In this document: positions 47,659 through 58,352 of the stretch, in pieces
Layout of the letters: each line of letters starts with the position of its first letter
How positions within the stretch are numbered: position 1 is the first letter of the stretch
Origin: Rebecca billardiae RCC1528
Lineage: Eukaryota; Protista; Haptophyta
Direction: 5' to 3'
DNA: 64,000 nucleotides
Assembly: GCA_965240325.2 (NCBI GenBank)
Contig: OZ251228.1
Location: 1,116,001-1,180,000 of the forward strand
Program-made: the position numbers and the translations under genes
Notes under the pieces: model-generated
What the model was told of the DNA's origin: nothing
Seen by the model: the letters and a program-made list of their open reading frames with translations, nothing else
Database searches by the model: none

Positions 47659-47998
47659 CTCAGACTGCAGCACCCGCGGCGAGAGCGGGCGGGGGCGACA
47701 GTACGTATGCGTCAGCACCTGCTGCTATGACGACGCCATTTACATCGCGGACCACTCAGTGACTGAGTGGACCACTGAGTTGCCCGGTGGCTGTTACTGC
47801 ATGTCAGACCCCGCTACTCATGACTCATGAGTCTCGCCGCTCGCGCTCGTCGAAGCGGTGAGCCGGTGAGCACACGCGCGCGGCGCGCACTGACAGTGTC
47901 GTCATGGCATGCCGCGTCTTGTCCTGGTGCCCAGGTATTCGGCACGGTCGCGCACGCAGGGCTGCAGTCTGAGCCCGCGCCGCCGCTCACTCAAACAG

Positions 47999-49408
47999 TC
48001 AAAGCGGGTAGAGGCTGGGGTGGTGGAGGTAGAGCTCATCGCGCGAGCCAGCCCACGAGGCAAAGTGGCTGATGCCAAGAACGGCACCGGCGGGAGAGCG
48101 CAGCGAGGCTGCGATCTCTAGCATCGCCTCGCGTGCCGCGGTGATGGAGTACACGGCCTCCGGCACCGCAAGCTCCGCACGCGCAGCGACGACGAGCGTG
48201 ACGACGAGGTAGGAGGTGTCTGCGTGCGCGCCGGTGCTGGAGTCGACTGCTGGGGTGGCGGCTGCCGCATGCGCCTCGCTCGCGCCCTCGCCAGCCAGCG
48301 AGTCGAGGAAGCTGGCCGTGGCGTACGGCTGAGGCTCCACGGCTAGCGGGAGGGCAGCCATCGTGCGCTTGGGGCTCGCGCGGCTCTGCTCCTCGACGGC
48401 CATCCGGCTGAGCAGCCTGTGCGCCGCATCGTCGCTCGCCTCGCGCGGGCTGTCGACCGCGACTCGCGCCGCCTCCCACTGCTCCGTGCTGCGCAGCAGC
48501 GCGAGGCACGCGTCGGCCGCGGCCGCGGAGCTGCTGGACGGCGCCGCGCCCTCGCCGTACATCCCCCACAGCTCGGCAGCCGCGGGTCGCTCAGCACGCG
48601 AGCCGACATCCGCCGACGTGTCTGCACGAGCCGCGTAAGGGGTTTGGGCGCCCGGTGCCACGGCCGCAGCAGGGCGGCGCACGGCGACCTGCAGCAGCCA
48701 GACTCGCGCCGGCGTGGCTGGCGCGGGCGACAGGACCACGCTCGGGGCCACGGCAGACCCTGTCGCTGTCGCCGTCGACGCCGGCTCGTCCGACGTGTCC
48801 ACGGCCCGCTCGTCCCCGTCGGCCGCCGCCTCGCCGCGCCAGAGGCTGGGCAGCAGACCGATGCTCGCGGCGGCTGCGCCCGAGGCCGCGGCCGCGATCA
48901 GGGCAGAGACCTGGGGGATGCCAGCGCTGGCGATGACGTGCGCGTCAGACGCGCTGTACTGCTCAAAGTAGACGCGCGAGTGTATCCCGCTCAAGTACAG
49001 CCGTGCAGAGAGCAGTCCCCAGTCGTCGCCACCGGCACCGTTGCCAAGAAGCGCAACCAGCGCGAGTGCCGAGATGGCGCCGAGGGGGCCCCAGACGGGG
49101 AAGGAGGTGCGGGTGCGCGCGAAAAGGCCACTCGCCAGCTCTCGTGCCTTCGTCTCCGACGCACCGCCTTCCATCGTGCGCCACTCGTTCGCAGCGTCGG
49201 ACACCGCGGAGCGGGCGCGCCGGCCGACACGCGACACGTCCATGTCCTCGATCTCGATGCCCATGCGCAGGGCGGACGGACGGGCTCGGCAGCGCGCGAG
49301 CATCGGCGGGCGGTGCGCCGTGGCTGTCGGCGATGCGGCCGCGCCCTGCGCGAACGCCGAGATCGCGAGCACGCTCAGGCCGAGGCGCGCGCACATCATG
49401 CTGGCCAT
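47999..49408 (-). CDS. DUF1517 (FLAP1-like) protein with probable bipartite plastid-targeting peptide
   Basis: Hydrophobic signal plus Arg-rich transit ending SALRM; LLQVA, ADTS, LALLR...W, YLVVTLVVA, and terminal ELY..HPSLYPL follow the DUF1517 layout. Confidence 0.7.
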   Translation of the reverse strand: MASMMCARLGLSVLAISAFAQGAAASPTATAHRPPMLARCRARPSALRMGIEIEDMDVSRVGRRARSAVSDAANEWRTMEGGASETKARELASGLFARTRTSFPVWGPLGAISALALVALLGNGAGGDDWGLLSARLYLSGIHSRVYFEQYSASDAHVIASAGIPQVSALIAAAASGAAAASIGLLPSLWRGEAAADGDERAVDTSDEPASTATATGSAVAPSVVLSPAPATPARVWLLQVAVRRPAAAVAPGAQTPYAARADTSADVGSRAERPAAAELWGMYGEGAAPSSSSAAAADACLALLRSTEQWEAARVAVDSPREASDDAAHRLLSRMAVEEQSRASPKRTMAALPLAVEPQPYATASFLDSLAGEGASEAHAAAATPAVDSSTGAHADTSYLVVTLVVAARAELAVPEAVYSITAAREAMLEIAASLRSPAGAVLGISHFASWAGSRDELYLHHPSLYPL

Positions 49409-50879
49409 CGACGCGGCGCTCGGGGGACGTCGGCTCGGCTGGTGAGGAGCTCCTGATGGTCCCCGGCGGCGGCGCGACCCGACGGAAATACTGTATCCAA
49501 AAATCCGGTCACCGACCACCCTTGGTCACCCCAAGGCTTTCGGGGCGATGGCCGACGCGACGGGAGTGGTGGTACCGGGGACAAGAAGGGGTTCGGCGGA
49601 GGGGGCAGCGTTCCTATTGTCGGGGACAATCTCAGACTGGGGGTTCGATCTCGACGAGGGGGTTCAACCCGGTCGGGGTTCGAGGGGTTCAAAGTCCGGA
49701 AGAGTCCGAATAACCAGGTGGCGTAGTGATTTTGAATCGACGACTGCGGTTTGGAGTTTGAATTCAGCCGAGAACAGAGCGCCCGCGACGGCCCCACCCC
49801 TCGGTCGGCGACCTCCGCACGCGCGCGCGGCGCCCCCAACCGCCGCCGGCGCTCGCCCTCGCCTGCCTCCGCCCGTCGGTGCGGCACGCCGCCAAGCTGA
49901 GCACGCCGCGCCCTCCGATACACGTCATGCGGGCCTGCCCTTCTTCCTGCCCTTCTCCTGCTCTTCCTGCTGGCACGCCGACGGTTCCGACGGCGACGCG
50001 TGTCCAGCACAACCGCACGCGGCAGTGCTCGGCGCGCACATCCCAAGGCGCGTCGACCGCTTCTTTCTGCATGGCAGTCTACTTGCCATCTGCATCATCC
50101 TCGCCTCGGCTGAGCGCGCCCCGCCGACGGGCGGCGCCGTGGCTCGGCGCGCCGCGCCGCGCCGCGCCGCGCCGCGCCGCGCCGCGCCGAGCAGCTCGGC
50201 TTGCCGCCGGGCGGCGGTGCCGGGCTCGGCGGAGAGCGGGCGTCGGCGGAGATCGGTGTGCACGACCTGAAGTGCATCGGCTCGTTCTTTCTGCGCGGCC
50301 GCGCAGCCACTACCGTCATCGGACTCGACTTGGTCAAGCGCGCCGCGCGCGCGCAAGCGGCTTTGCGTCTGTGATCGCACGCGCAGCACTACCGCTGTGG
50401 CAGACTCGGCGGCGTCGGAGGCGATCGATCGGCGTGCTCCGCCGGCGGTGCATCGCCCGCATCTTTCGGCGCCCCGCTCCTCTCGGCGCGGCGCAGTACT
50501 CGCCCCCGGCTGCCGACTCGGCCCAGCACGCCGCGCGCACGGCCGGCGCCGCACCGCGGCGCGCCGTGCCGCGCGGCCAAGCTTGCGCGCCGCATGGCTA
50601 CGGTGACGGACTCAGCGGCGAGCGGGCTTCTACGGCGGTGGCGACGATCGGCGTGCCTGGCTAGCCGGATGTCGTCCGCCTCTCTCGGCGCGGCCGGCGC
50701 GGCGCAGTGCTCGGCGCCGACCTCCGACTCGGCGCGGCGCGCGGCCGCGGCCGTGCAGCGCGCCTCGACGTGCGCGGCCGCGCGGCCGAGGTCGCACGCC
50801 GCACGGCGGCCGTGACGGCCTCGTTCGAGAGCGGGCGTCGACCGCGTGGGCGGAGCTCGGTGCGCACGAGCTGAGCCTC

Positions 50880-51950
50880 CCGACCACGTCGCGCTGCGTG
50901 GCGCCGTGCTCGGCACCGGCACCGGACTCGGCGCGGCGCGCGCGGCCGGCGGCGCGCTGCCGGCCACGCGCTGCGCGCCTCAGCGGCGCGCCGTGCTGTG
51001 CGGCCGAGCGCGCGCGCCGCACGGCTACGGTGACGACGGGCTCGGCGGTGGGCGGGCATCGGCGGCGTTGGCGGAGCTCGGCGCGCACGAACGGAGGCGC
51101 ATCGACCACGTCGCGCTGCGTGGCGCCTTGCTCGACACCGGCCTCGGACTCGGCGCGGCGCGCGCGGCCGGCGGCGCGCCGCGCGCCTCAGCGCCGCGCG
51201 CCGCGCCGTGCTGTGCGGCCGAGCGCGCGCGCCGCACGGCTACGGTGACGACGGGCTCGGCGGAGAGCGGGCGGCGGCGGCGTTGGCGGAGCTCGGTGCG
51301 CACGAACGGAGGCACATCGACCACGTCGCGCTGCGTGACGCCGCGCTCGGCACCGTCCTCGGACTCGGCGCGGCGCGCGCGGCCGGCGGCGCGCCGCGCG
51401 CCTCAGCGCCGCGCGGCGCGCCGTGCTGTGCGGCCGAGCGCGCGCGCCGCACGGCTACGGTGACGACGGGCTCGGCGGAGAGCGCGTGTCGGCGGCGTTG
51501 GCGGAGCTCGGCGCGCACGAACGGAGGCGCATCGACCACGTCGCGCTGCGTGACGCCGCGCTCGGCACCGGCCTCGGACTCGGCGCGGCGCGCGCGGCCG
51601 GCGGCGCGCCGCGCGCCTCAGCGCCGCGCGGCGCGCCGTGCTGTGCAGCCGAGCGCGCGCGCCGCACGGCTACGGTGACGACGGGCTCGGCGGAGAGCGC
51701 GTGTCGGCGGCGTTGGCGGAGCTCGGCGCGCACGAACGGAGGCGCATCGACCACGTCGCGCTGCGTGACGCCGCGCTCGGCACCGTCCTCGGACTCGGCG
51801 CGGCGCGCGCGGCCGGCGGCGCGCCGCGCGCCTCAGCGCCGCGCGGCGCGCCGTGCTGTGCAGCCGAGCGCGCGCGCCGCACGGCTACGGTGACGACGGG
51901 CTCGGCGGAGAGCGGGCTGCGGCGGCGTGGGCAGAGCTCGGCGCGCGTGA
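50880..51950. repeat. 215-bp tandem repeat (~5 copies) inside the 3,163-bp element (also 54043-55113)
   Basis: CGACCACGTCGCGCTGCGTG at 50881, 51103, 51318, 51533, 51748. Confidence 0.93.
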
Positions 51951-52312
51951 ACTGAGGTGCATCGATCCGCTCTCCCCGTGCCACCACGCTTCCCGAACGC
52001 AGGTGCGCGCGAGAGCACCACCCTGCCGTGCCGTGTGTGCGCGCCGTGTGCACCGCGTGTTTGTGTCCTGTGCTGCCGTGCAGGTGGGCGCAGGCAGGTG
52101 CTCTCCATCTACATGGCGCAGGGGCGCAAGTGGCAGTCGTGCAGCACGCCCTCTCTACCTGCAGACGCTGCAACCTACTCGGCGCGCAACGACGATCCTG
52201 CCCATACGTACTCCAGACTTGAGCATGGTGCGAGCACGCTCGCGCAGCGCAGCGCACCAACCATCCGCCGCGTTTGCGCGGCAGCATGCGCACTGTCTTC
52301 TCTCTGACATGT

Positions 52313-52686
52313 GCCCTCCTTCCCTCTCCTCTCCCTCTCCCCTCCCTCTCCCTTCCCTCCCTTCCCTCCCTCTCCCCTCCCTCTCCCCTCCCTCTCCCCT
52401 CCCTCTCCCCTCCTCTCCCCTCCCTCTCCCCTCCCTCTCCCCTCCTCTCCCCTCCCTCTCCCCTCCCTCTCCCTCTCCCCTCCCTCTCCCCTCCCTCTCC
52501 CTCTCCCCTCCCTCTCCCCTCCCTCTCCCCTCCTCTCCCCTCCCTCTCCCCTCCCTCTCCCCTCCTCTCCCCTCTCCCCTCCTCTCCCCTCCCTCTCCCT
52601 CCCTCTCCCCTCCTCTCTCCTCCTTCTCCCCTCCTCCTCCTCCTTCTCCCCCCTCTCTCCCCCTTCTCTCCCCCTTCTCCCCCTCT
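52313..52686. repeat. ~370-bp pure polypyrimidine tract (also 55476-55849)
   Basis: Only C and T, in CCCTCTCCCCT-type units. Confidence 0.96.
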
Positions 52687-55600
52687 GACGCCATCCTTAT
52701 CCCCGCAAATTAGCCTAAACCCAAAATATTTGCCGTACCGGGGACAAGAAGGGGTTCGGCGGAGGGGGCAGCGTTCCTATTGTCGGGGACAATCTCAGAC
52801 TGGGGGTTCGATCTCGACGAGGGGGTTCAACCCGGTCGGGGTTCGAGGGGTTCAAAGTCCGGAAGAGTCCGAATAACCAGGTGGCGTAGTGATTTTGAAT
52901 CGACGACTGCGGTTTGGAGTTTGAATTCAGCCGAGAACAGAGCGCCCGCGACGGCCCCACCCCTCGGTCGGCGACCTCCGCACGCGCGCGCGGCGCCCCC
53001 AACCGCCGCCGGCGCTCGCCCTCGCCTGCCTCCGCCCGTCGGTGCGGCACGCCGCCAAGCTGAGCACGCCGCGCCCTCCGATACACGTCATGCGGGCCTG
53101 CCCTTCTTCCTGCCCTTCTCCTGCTCTTCCTGCTGGCACGCCGACGGTTCCGACGGCGACGCGTGTCCAGCACAACCGCACGCGGCAGTGCTCGGCGCGC
53201 ACATCCCAAGGCGCGTCGACCGCTTCTTTCTGCATGGCAGTCTACTTGCCATCTGCATCATCCTCGCCTCGGCTGAGCGCGCCCCGCCGACGGGCGGCGC
53301 CGTGGCTCGGCGCGCCGCGCCGCGCCGCGCCGCGCCGCGCCGCGCCGCGCCGAGCAGCTCGGCTTGCCGCCGGGCGGCGGTGCCGGGCTCGGCGGAGAGC
53401 GGGCGTCGGCGGAGATCGGTGTGCACGACCTGAAGTGCATCGGCTCGTTCTTTCTGCGCGGCCGCGCAGCCACTACCGTCATCGGACTCGACTTGGTCAA
53501 GCGCGCCGCGCGCGCGCAAGCGGCTTTGCGTCTGTGATCGCACGCGCAGCACTACCGCTGTGGCAGACTCGGCGGCGTCGGAGGCGATCGATCGGCGTGC
53601 TCCGCCGGCGGTGCATCGCCCGCATCTTTCGGCGCCCCGCTCCTCTCGGCGCGGCGCAGTACTCGCCCCCGGCTGCCGACTCGGCCCAGCACGCCGCGCG
53701 CACGGCCGGCGCCGCACCGCGGCGCGCCGTGCCGCGCGGCCAAGCTTGCGCGCCGCATGGCTACGGTGACGGACTCAGCGGCGAGCGGGCTTCTACGGCG
53801 GTGGCGACGATCGGCGTGCCTGGCTAGCCGGATGTCGTCCGCCTCTCTCGGCGCGGCCGGCGCGGCGCAGTGCTCGGCGCCGACCTCCGACTCGGCGCGG
53901 CGCGCGGCCGCGGCCGTGCAGCGCGCCTCGACGTGCGCGGCCGCGCGGCCGAGGTCGCACGCCGCACGGCGGCCGTGACGGCCTCGTTCGAGAGCGGGCG
54001 TCGACCGCGTGGGCGGAGCTCGGTGCGCACGAGCTGAGCCTCCCGACCACGTCGCGCTGCGTGGCGCCGTGCTCGGCACCGGCACCGGACTCGGCGCGGC
54101 GCGCGCGGCCGGCGGCGCGCTGCCGGCCACGCGCTGCGCGCCTCAGCGGCGCGCCGTGCTGTGCGGCCGAGCGCGCGCGCCGCACGGCTACGGTGACGAC
54201 GGGCTCGGCGGTGGGCGGGCATCGGCGGCGTTGGCGGAGCTCGGCGCGCACGAACGGAGGCGCATCGACCACGTCGCGCTGCGTGGCGCCTTGCTCGACA
54301 CCGGCCTCGGACTCGGCGCGGCGCGCGCGGCCGGCGGCGCGCCGCGCGCCTCAGCGCCGCGCGCCGCGCCGTGCTGTGCGGCCGAGCGCGCGCGCCGCAC
54401 GGCTACGGTGACGACGGGCTCGGCGGAGAGCGGGCGGCGGCGGCGTTGGCGGAGCTCGGTGCGCACGAACGGAGGCACATCGACCACGTCGCGCTGCGTG
54501 ACGCCGCGCTCGGCACCGTCCTCGGACTCGGCGCGGCGCGCGCGGCCGGCGGCGCGCCGCGCGCCTCAGCGCCGCGCGGCGCGCCGTGCTGTGCGGCCGA
54601 GCGCGCGCGCCGCACGGCTACGGTGACGACGGGCTCGGCGGAGAGCGCGTGTCGGCGGCGTTGGCGGAGCTCGGCGCGCACGAACGGAGGCGCATCGACC
54701 ACGTCGCGCTGCGTGACGCCGCGCTCGGCACCGGCCTCGGACTCGGCGCGGCGCGCGCGGCCGGCGGCGCGCCGCGCGCCTCAGCGCCGCGCGGCGCGCC
54801 GTGCTGTGCAGCCGAGCGCGCGCGCCGCACGGCTACGGTGACGACGGGCTCGGCGGAGAGCGCGTGTCGGCGGCGTTGGCGGAGCTCGGCGCGCACGAAC
54901 GGAGGCGCATCGACCACGTCGCGCTGCGTGACGCCGCGCTCGGCACCGTCCTCGGACTCGGCGCGGCGCGCGCGGCCGGCGGCGCGCCGCGCGCCTCAGC
55001 GCCGCGCGGCGCGCCGTGCTGTGCAGCCGAGCGCGCGCGCCGCACGGCTACGGTGACGACGGGCTCGGCGGAGAGCGGGCTGCGGCGGCGTGGGCAGAGC
55101 TCGGCGCGCGTGAACTGAGGTGCATCGATCCGCTCTCCCCGTGCCACCACGCTTCCCGAACGCAGGTGCGCGCGAGAGCACCACCCTGCCGTGCCGTGTG
55201 TGCGCGCCGTGTGCACCGCGTGTTTGTGTCCTGTGCTGCCGTGCAGGTGGGCGCAGGCAGGTGCTCTCCATCTACATGGCGCAGGGGCGCAAGTGGCAGT
55301 CGTGCAGCACGCCCTCTCTACCTGCAGACGCTGCAACCTACTCGGCGCGCAACGACGATCCTGCCCATACGTACTCCAGACTTGAGCATGGTGCGAGCAC
55401 GCTCGCGCAGCGCAGCGCACCAACCATCCGCCGCGTTTGCGCGGCAGCATGCGCACTGTCTTCTCTCTGACATGTGCCCTCCTTCCCTCTCCTCTCCCTC
55501 TCCCCTCCCTCTCCCTTCCCTCCCTTCCCTCCCTCTCCCCTCCCTCTCCCCTCCCTCTCCCCTCCCTCTCCCCTCCTCTCCCCTCCCTCTCCCCTCCCTC

Positions 55601-57355
55601 TCCCCTCCTCTCCCCTCCCTCTCCCCTCCCTCTCCCTCTCCCCTCCCTCTCCCCTCCCTCTCCCTCTCCCCTCCCTCTCCCCTCCCTCTCCCCTCCTCTC
55701 CCCTCCCTCTCCCCTCCCTCTCCCCTCCTCTCCCCTCTCCCCTCCTCTCCCCTCCCTCTCCCTCCCTCTCCCCTCCTCTCTCCTCCTTCTCCCCTCCTCC
55801 TCCTCCTTCTCCCCCCTCTCTCCCCCTTCTCTCCCCCTTCTCCCCCTCTGACGCCATCCTTATCCCCGCAAATTAGCCTAAACCCAAAATATTTGCCGGG
55901 TTTGGCAGTCCGCGGCGGTTATCGCGTTATGACTGCCGCGTCGCTGCTCCGCCGCCGCCCGTGCCCCTCCCCGCTAGGTGGGCGTATACCTGGCCGGACG
56001 CGGGCTCGGCGCTCGCAGCGGCATCGCCGGAGTGACCGCACGGTGACGAGATGTGAGTCGGAAGCAGCTCGCCTTTGCGGCGCGGGTACCAAGCGGAAAG
56101 TGAGCGTACCTGCAGGAGGGCCGACCCTCGGCGTGACAGGCGCACCTTCGGGGCCGGTCAGGGCAGCCCACGTCGTGCAGCCGACCGCTTCCGCCGCGAC
56201 TGCCCCCCGGCGCACCCTGCCCCGGCCGACGCCTGAGCACAGCGGCCCCGCCCGGGCCCGGGGCCCCCGGGCGGCAGGCCGCGGCGGCGCCGGCACACTC
56301 ACGGACAGCCAGCGGCGCTCCTCCGCCTCCTTCGCTCCCCGTTCCTCGTTGTCCCCCCCTGGCGTGGTGCGCGTGCATCACGCTCGAACTCTCACGATGC
56401 TGCTTCGGCGTCCTTCTGCGGCGGCATCCGACGGTCGTGCGCACTGCGAGGCGGAGCGCGAGGTGCTGGGCACTGCCGTCCGTCGTGCTCCCTCCTCCTC
56501 ATGGCCCACTGCTTTACTCGAGGGGAACGCTCAGCGCCTTCTGCTTCTCTCATCCGCTCGTGCGCGACCACGCTTGTGCTGGGTGTCCTTCTGAGGCGTC
56601 CGGTGGCCGGGCGCACATCGGGGACGCACATCGGGGTGGTAAGTGAGGTGCCGGTGCGCTGCCGTCCGTCGTGCGCGCTCCTCGCTCATCTCCACCTGCT
56701 TCGCTCGAGCGTGGGCGCGCTCGGCGCTGTCTGCCTCGCTCGCGCGCGAGCGCATTTTGGCGCTGGACGAGACTCGTGCGCATCCATGCTGCTTCTGCGT
56801 CCATCGGCAGCGTCCGGCGGCTGGGCGCACGGCGGGGCGGCGCCAGCGGGCGTGTGTCGGGCACGCTCCACGCTCCTCACCAGCTGCTGCGCGCTCGCGG
56901 GGGCGTACTCAACAACACGCTCCTCACCAGCTGCTGCGCGCTCGCGGGGGCGCGCTCAACAACACCTTCTGCCCTTCGTCCGAGCTGGAGCGCATGTCGG
57001 CGGCGCGGGCAGTGAGCGCACACATGCTACTTCGGCGTCCCGTTCTCGGCCATCTGTTGGGCGGCCGGCGGGGCGGCGCGTGAGGTGTCGTTGCGCTGTC
57101 GTCCGTCGGGCACACTCGTCGCTCATCACCTTCTACTTCGCTTGAGCGGAACCGCGCGCTTCATCACCTTCGATCTGCCCCCCGCTCGAGCGAGCGCGCT
57201 TCTTCGGCGCGGGCCCCTCGGGGCGCAACAGCGGAGCCGCGCGCGCTCCGCGTGTTCGCGCTCGCCGCACGCCGCTGCCGCGCTGCAAGCACGCCGCCGC
57301 CACTCGCCGCCGCACGACTCACCCTTCTCTACAGCTCGCCGTCGCTCACTCGCGC

Positions 57356-57434
57356 GTCTATCTGTCTATCTATCTGTCTATCTATCTGTCTATCTGTCTA
57401 TCTGTCTATCTGTCTATCTGTCTATCTGTCTATC
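57356..57434. repeat. (TCTA/TCTG)n compound microsatellite
   Basis: Directly visible. Confidence 0.95.
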
Positions 57435-57488
57435 CCTCGCGCGCGCGCCGATCATCATGCGCCGATCATCGTGTGCGCACCCTATCTT

Positions 57489-57983
57489 CTCCGCGCGTCA
57501 CTTGCGCCTATCTCATCTCCGCGCGTTACTTGCGCCTACTATCTACTTCTCCGCGCGTTACTTGCGCCTGTCTCCGCGCGTCACTTGCGCCTATCTACTT
57601 CTCCGCGCGTTACTTGCGCCTACTATATCTACTTCCCCACGCGTTACTTGCGCCTGTCTCCGCGCGTCACTTGCGCCTATACCTCCTCCGCGCGTTACTT
57701 GCGCCTATACTATCTACTTCTCCGCGCGTTACTTGCGCCTGTCTCCGCGCGTTACTTGCGCCTACTATATCTTCTCCGCGCGTTTACTTGCGCCTATCTT
57801 CTCCGCGCGTTACTTGCGCCTGTCTCCGCGCGTTACTTGCGCCTACTATATCTTCTCCGCGCGTTACTTGCGCCTATCTTCTCCGCGCGTTACTTGCGCC
57901 TATCTCCTCCGCGCGTTACTTGCGCCTATGTCCTCCGCGCCTATCGTCTCCGCGCGCATCTTCTCCGCGCGTCACTCGCACCT
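57489..57983. repeat. Minisatellite: 21-bp core CTCCGCGCGTYACTTGCGCCT x~16 with 2-13-nt linkers
   Basis: Counted by eye; linkers GT, ATCTT, ACTATATCTT, ACTATCTACTT and similar. Confidence 0.93.
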
Positions 57984-58014
57984 GTCTTCTCATGCGCGCG
58001 CGCCGATCATCATC

Positions 58015-58352
58015 ATGTGCGCGCGCCGATCATCACTTCGTGCTCAGCGTAACCATCGCATCATCATCCGGGTGCCGAGCGTGCCATCATCGCACACACC
58101 TTTCGGCGCGCTTACATGGGCGTACGTGGTGTCTGTGGCCGGGGCGTGGGGGACGACGTCGTCGGCGGGCTGGCGTTGATACCCGCGCGCGCCGATCATC
58201 ATTCGTGCTCCGCGCAACCATCATCATCATTCGGGTGCCGAGTGCGCCATCCTCGCGCGCACCTTTCGGCGCGCTTACATGGGTGTACGTGGTGTCTGTG
58301 GCCGGGGTGTCGGGGACGACATTGTCGGCGGGCCGGCGTTGATACCTGCGCC
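58015..58352. repeat. Two diverged ~165-bp tandem copies; third degenerate copy at ~58955-59116
   Basis: CACCTTTCGGCGCGCTTACATGGG.GTACGTGGTGTCTGTGGCCGGGG occurs twice. Confidence 0.8.

Larger units (their letters stand above)
49573..55898. mobile_element. Head-to-tail dimer of a 3,163-bp TIR-less non-coding element (49573-52735, 52736-55898)
   Basis: Exact 3,163 period; interrupts a repeat whose uninterrupted form is at 59659-60120; only one G duplicated. Confidence 0.85.

Noticed and set aside
50846-51955. Repeating protein-like ORFs (HGYGDDGLGGE...)
   Set aside because: The 215-bp period shifts frame each unit; no continuous CDS.
57489-57983. CRISPR-like array
   Set aside because: Linkers are 2-13 nt and mutually related; no cas genes; eukaryotic context.
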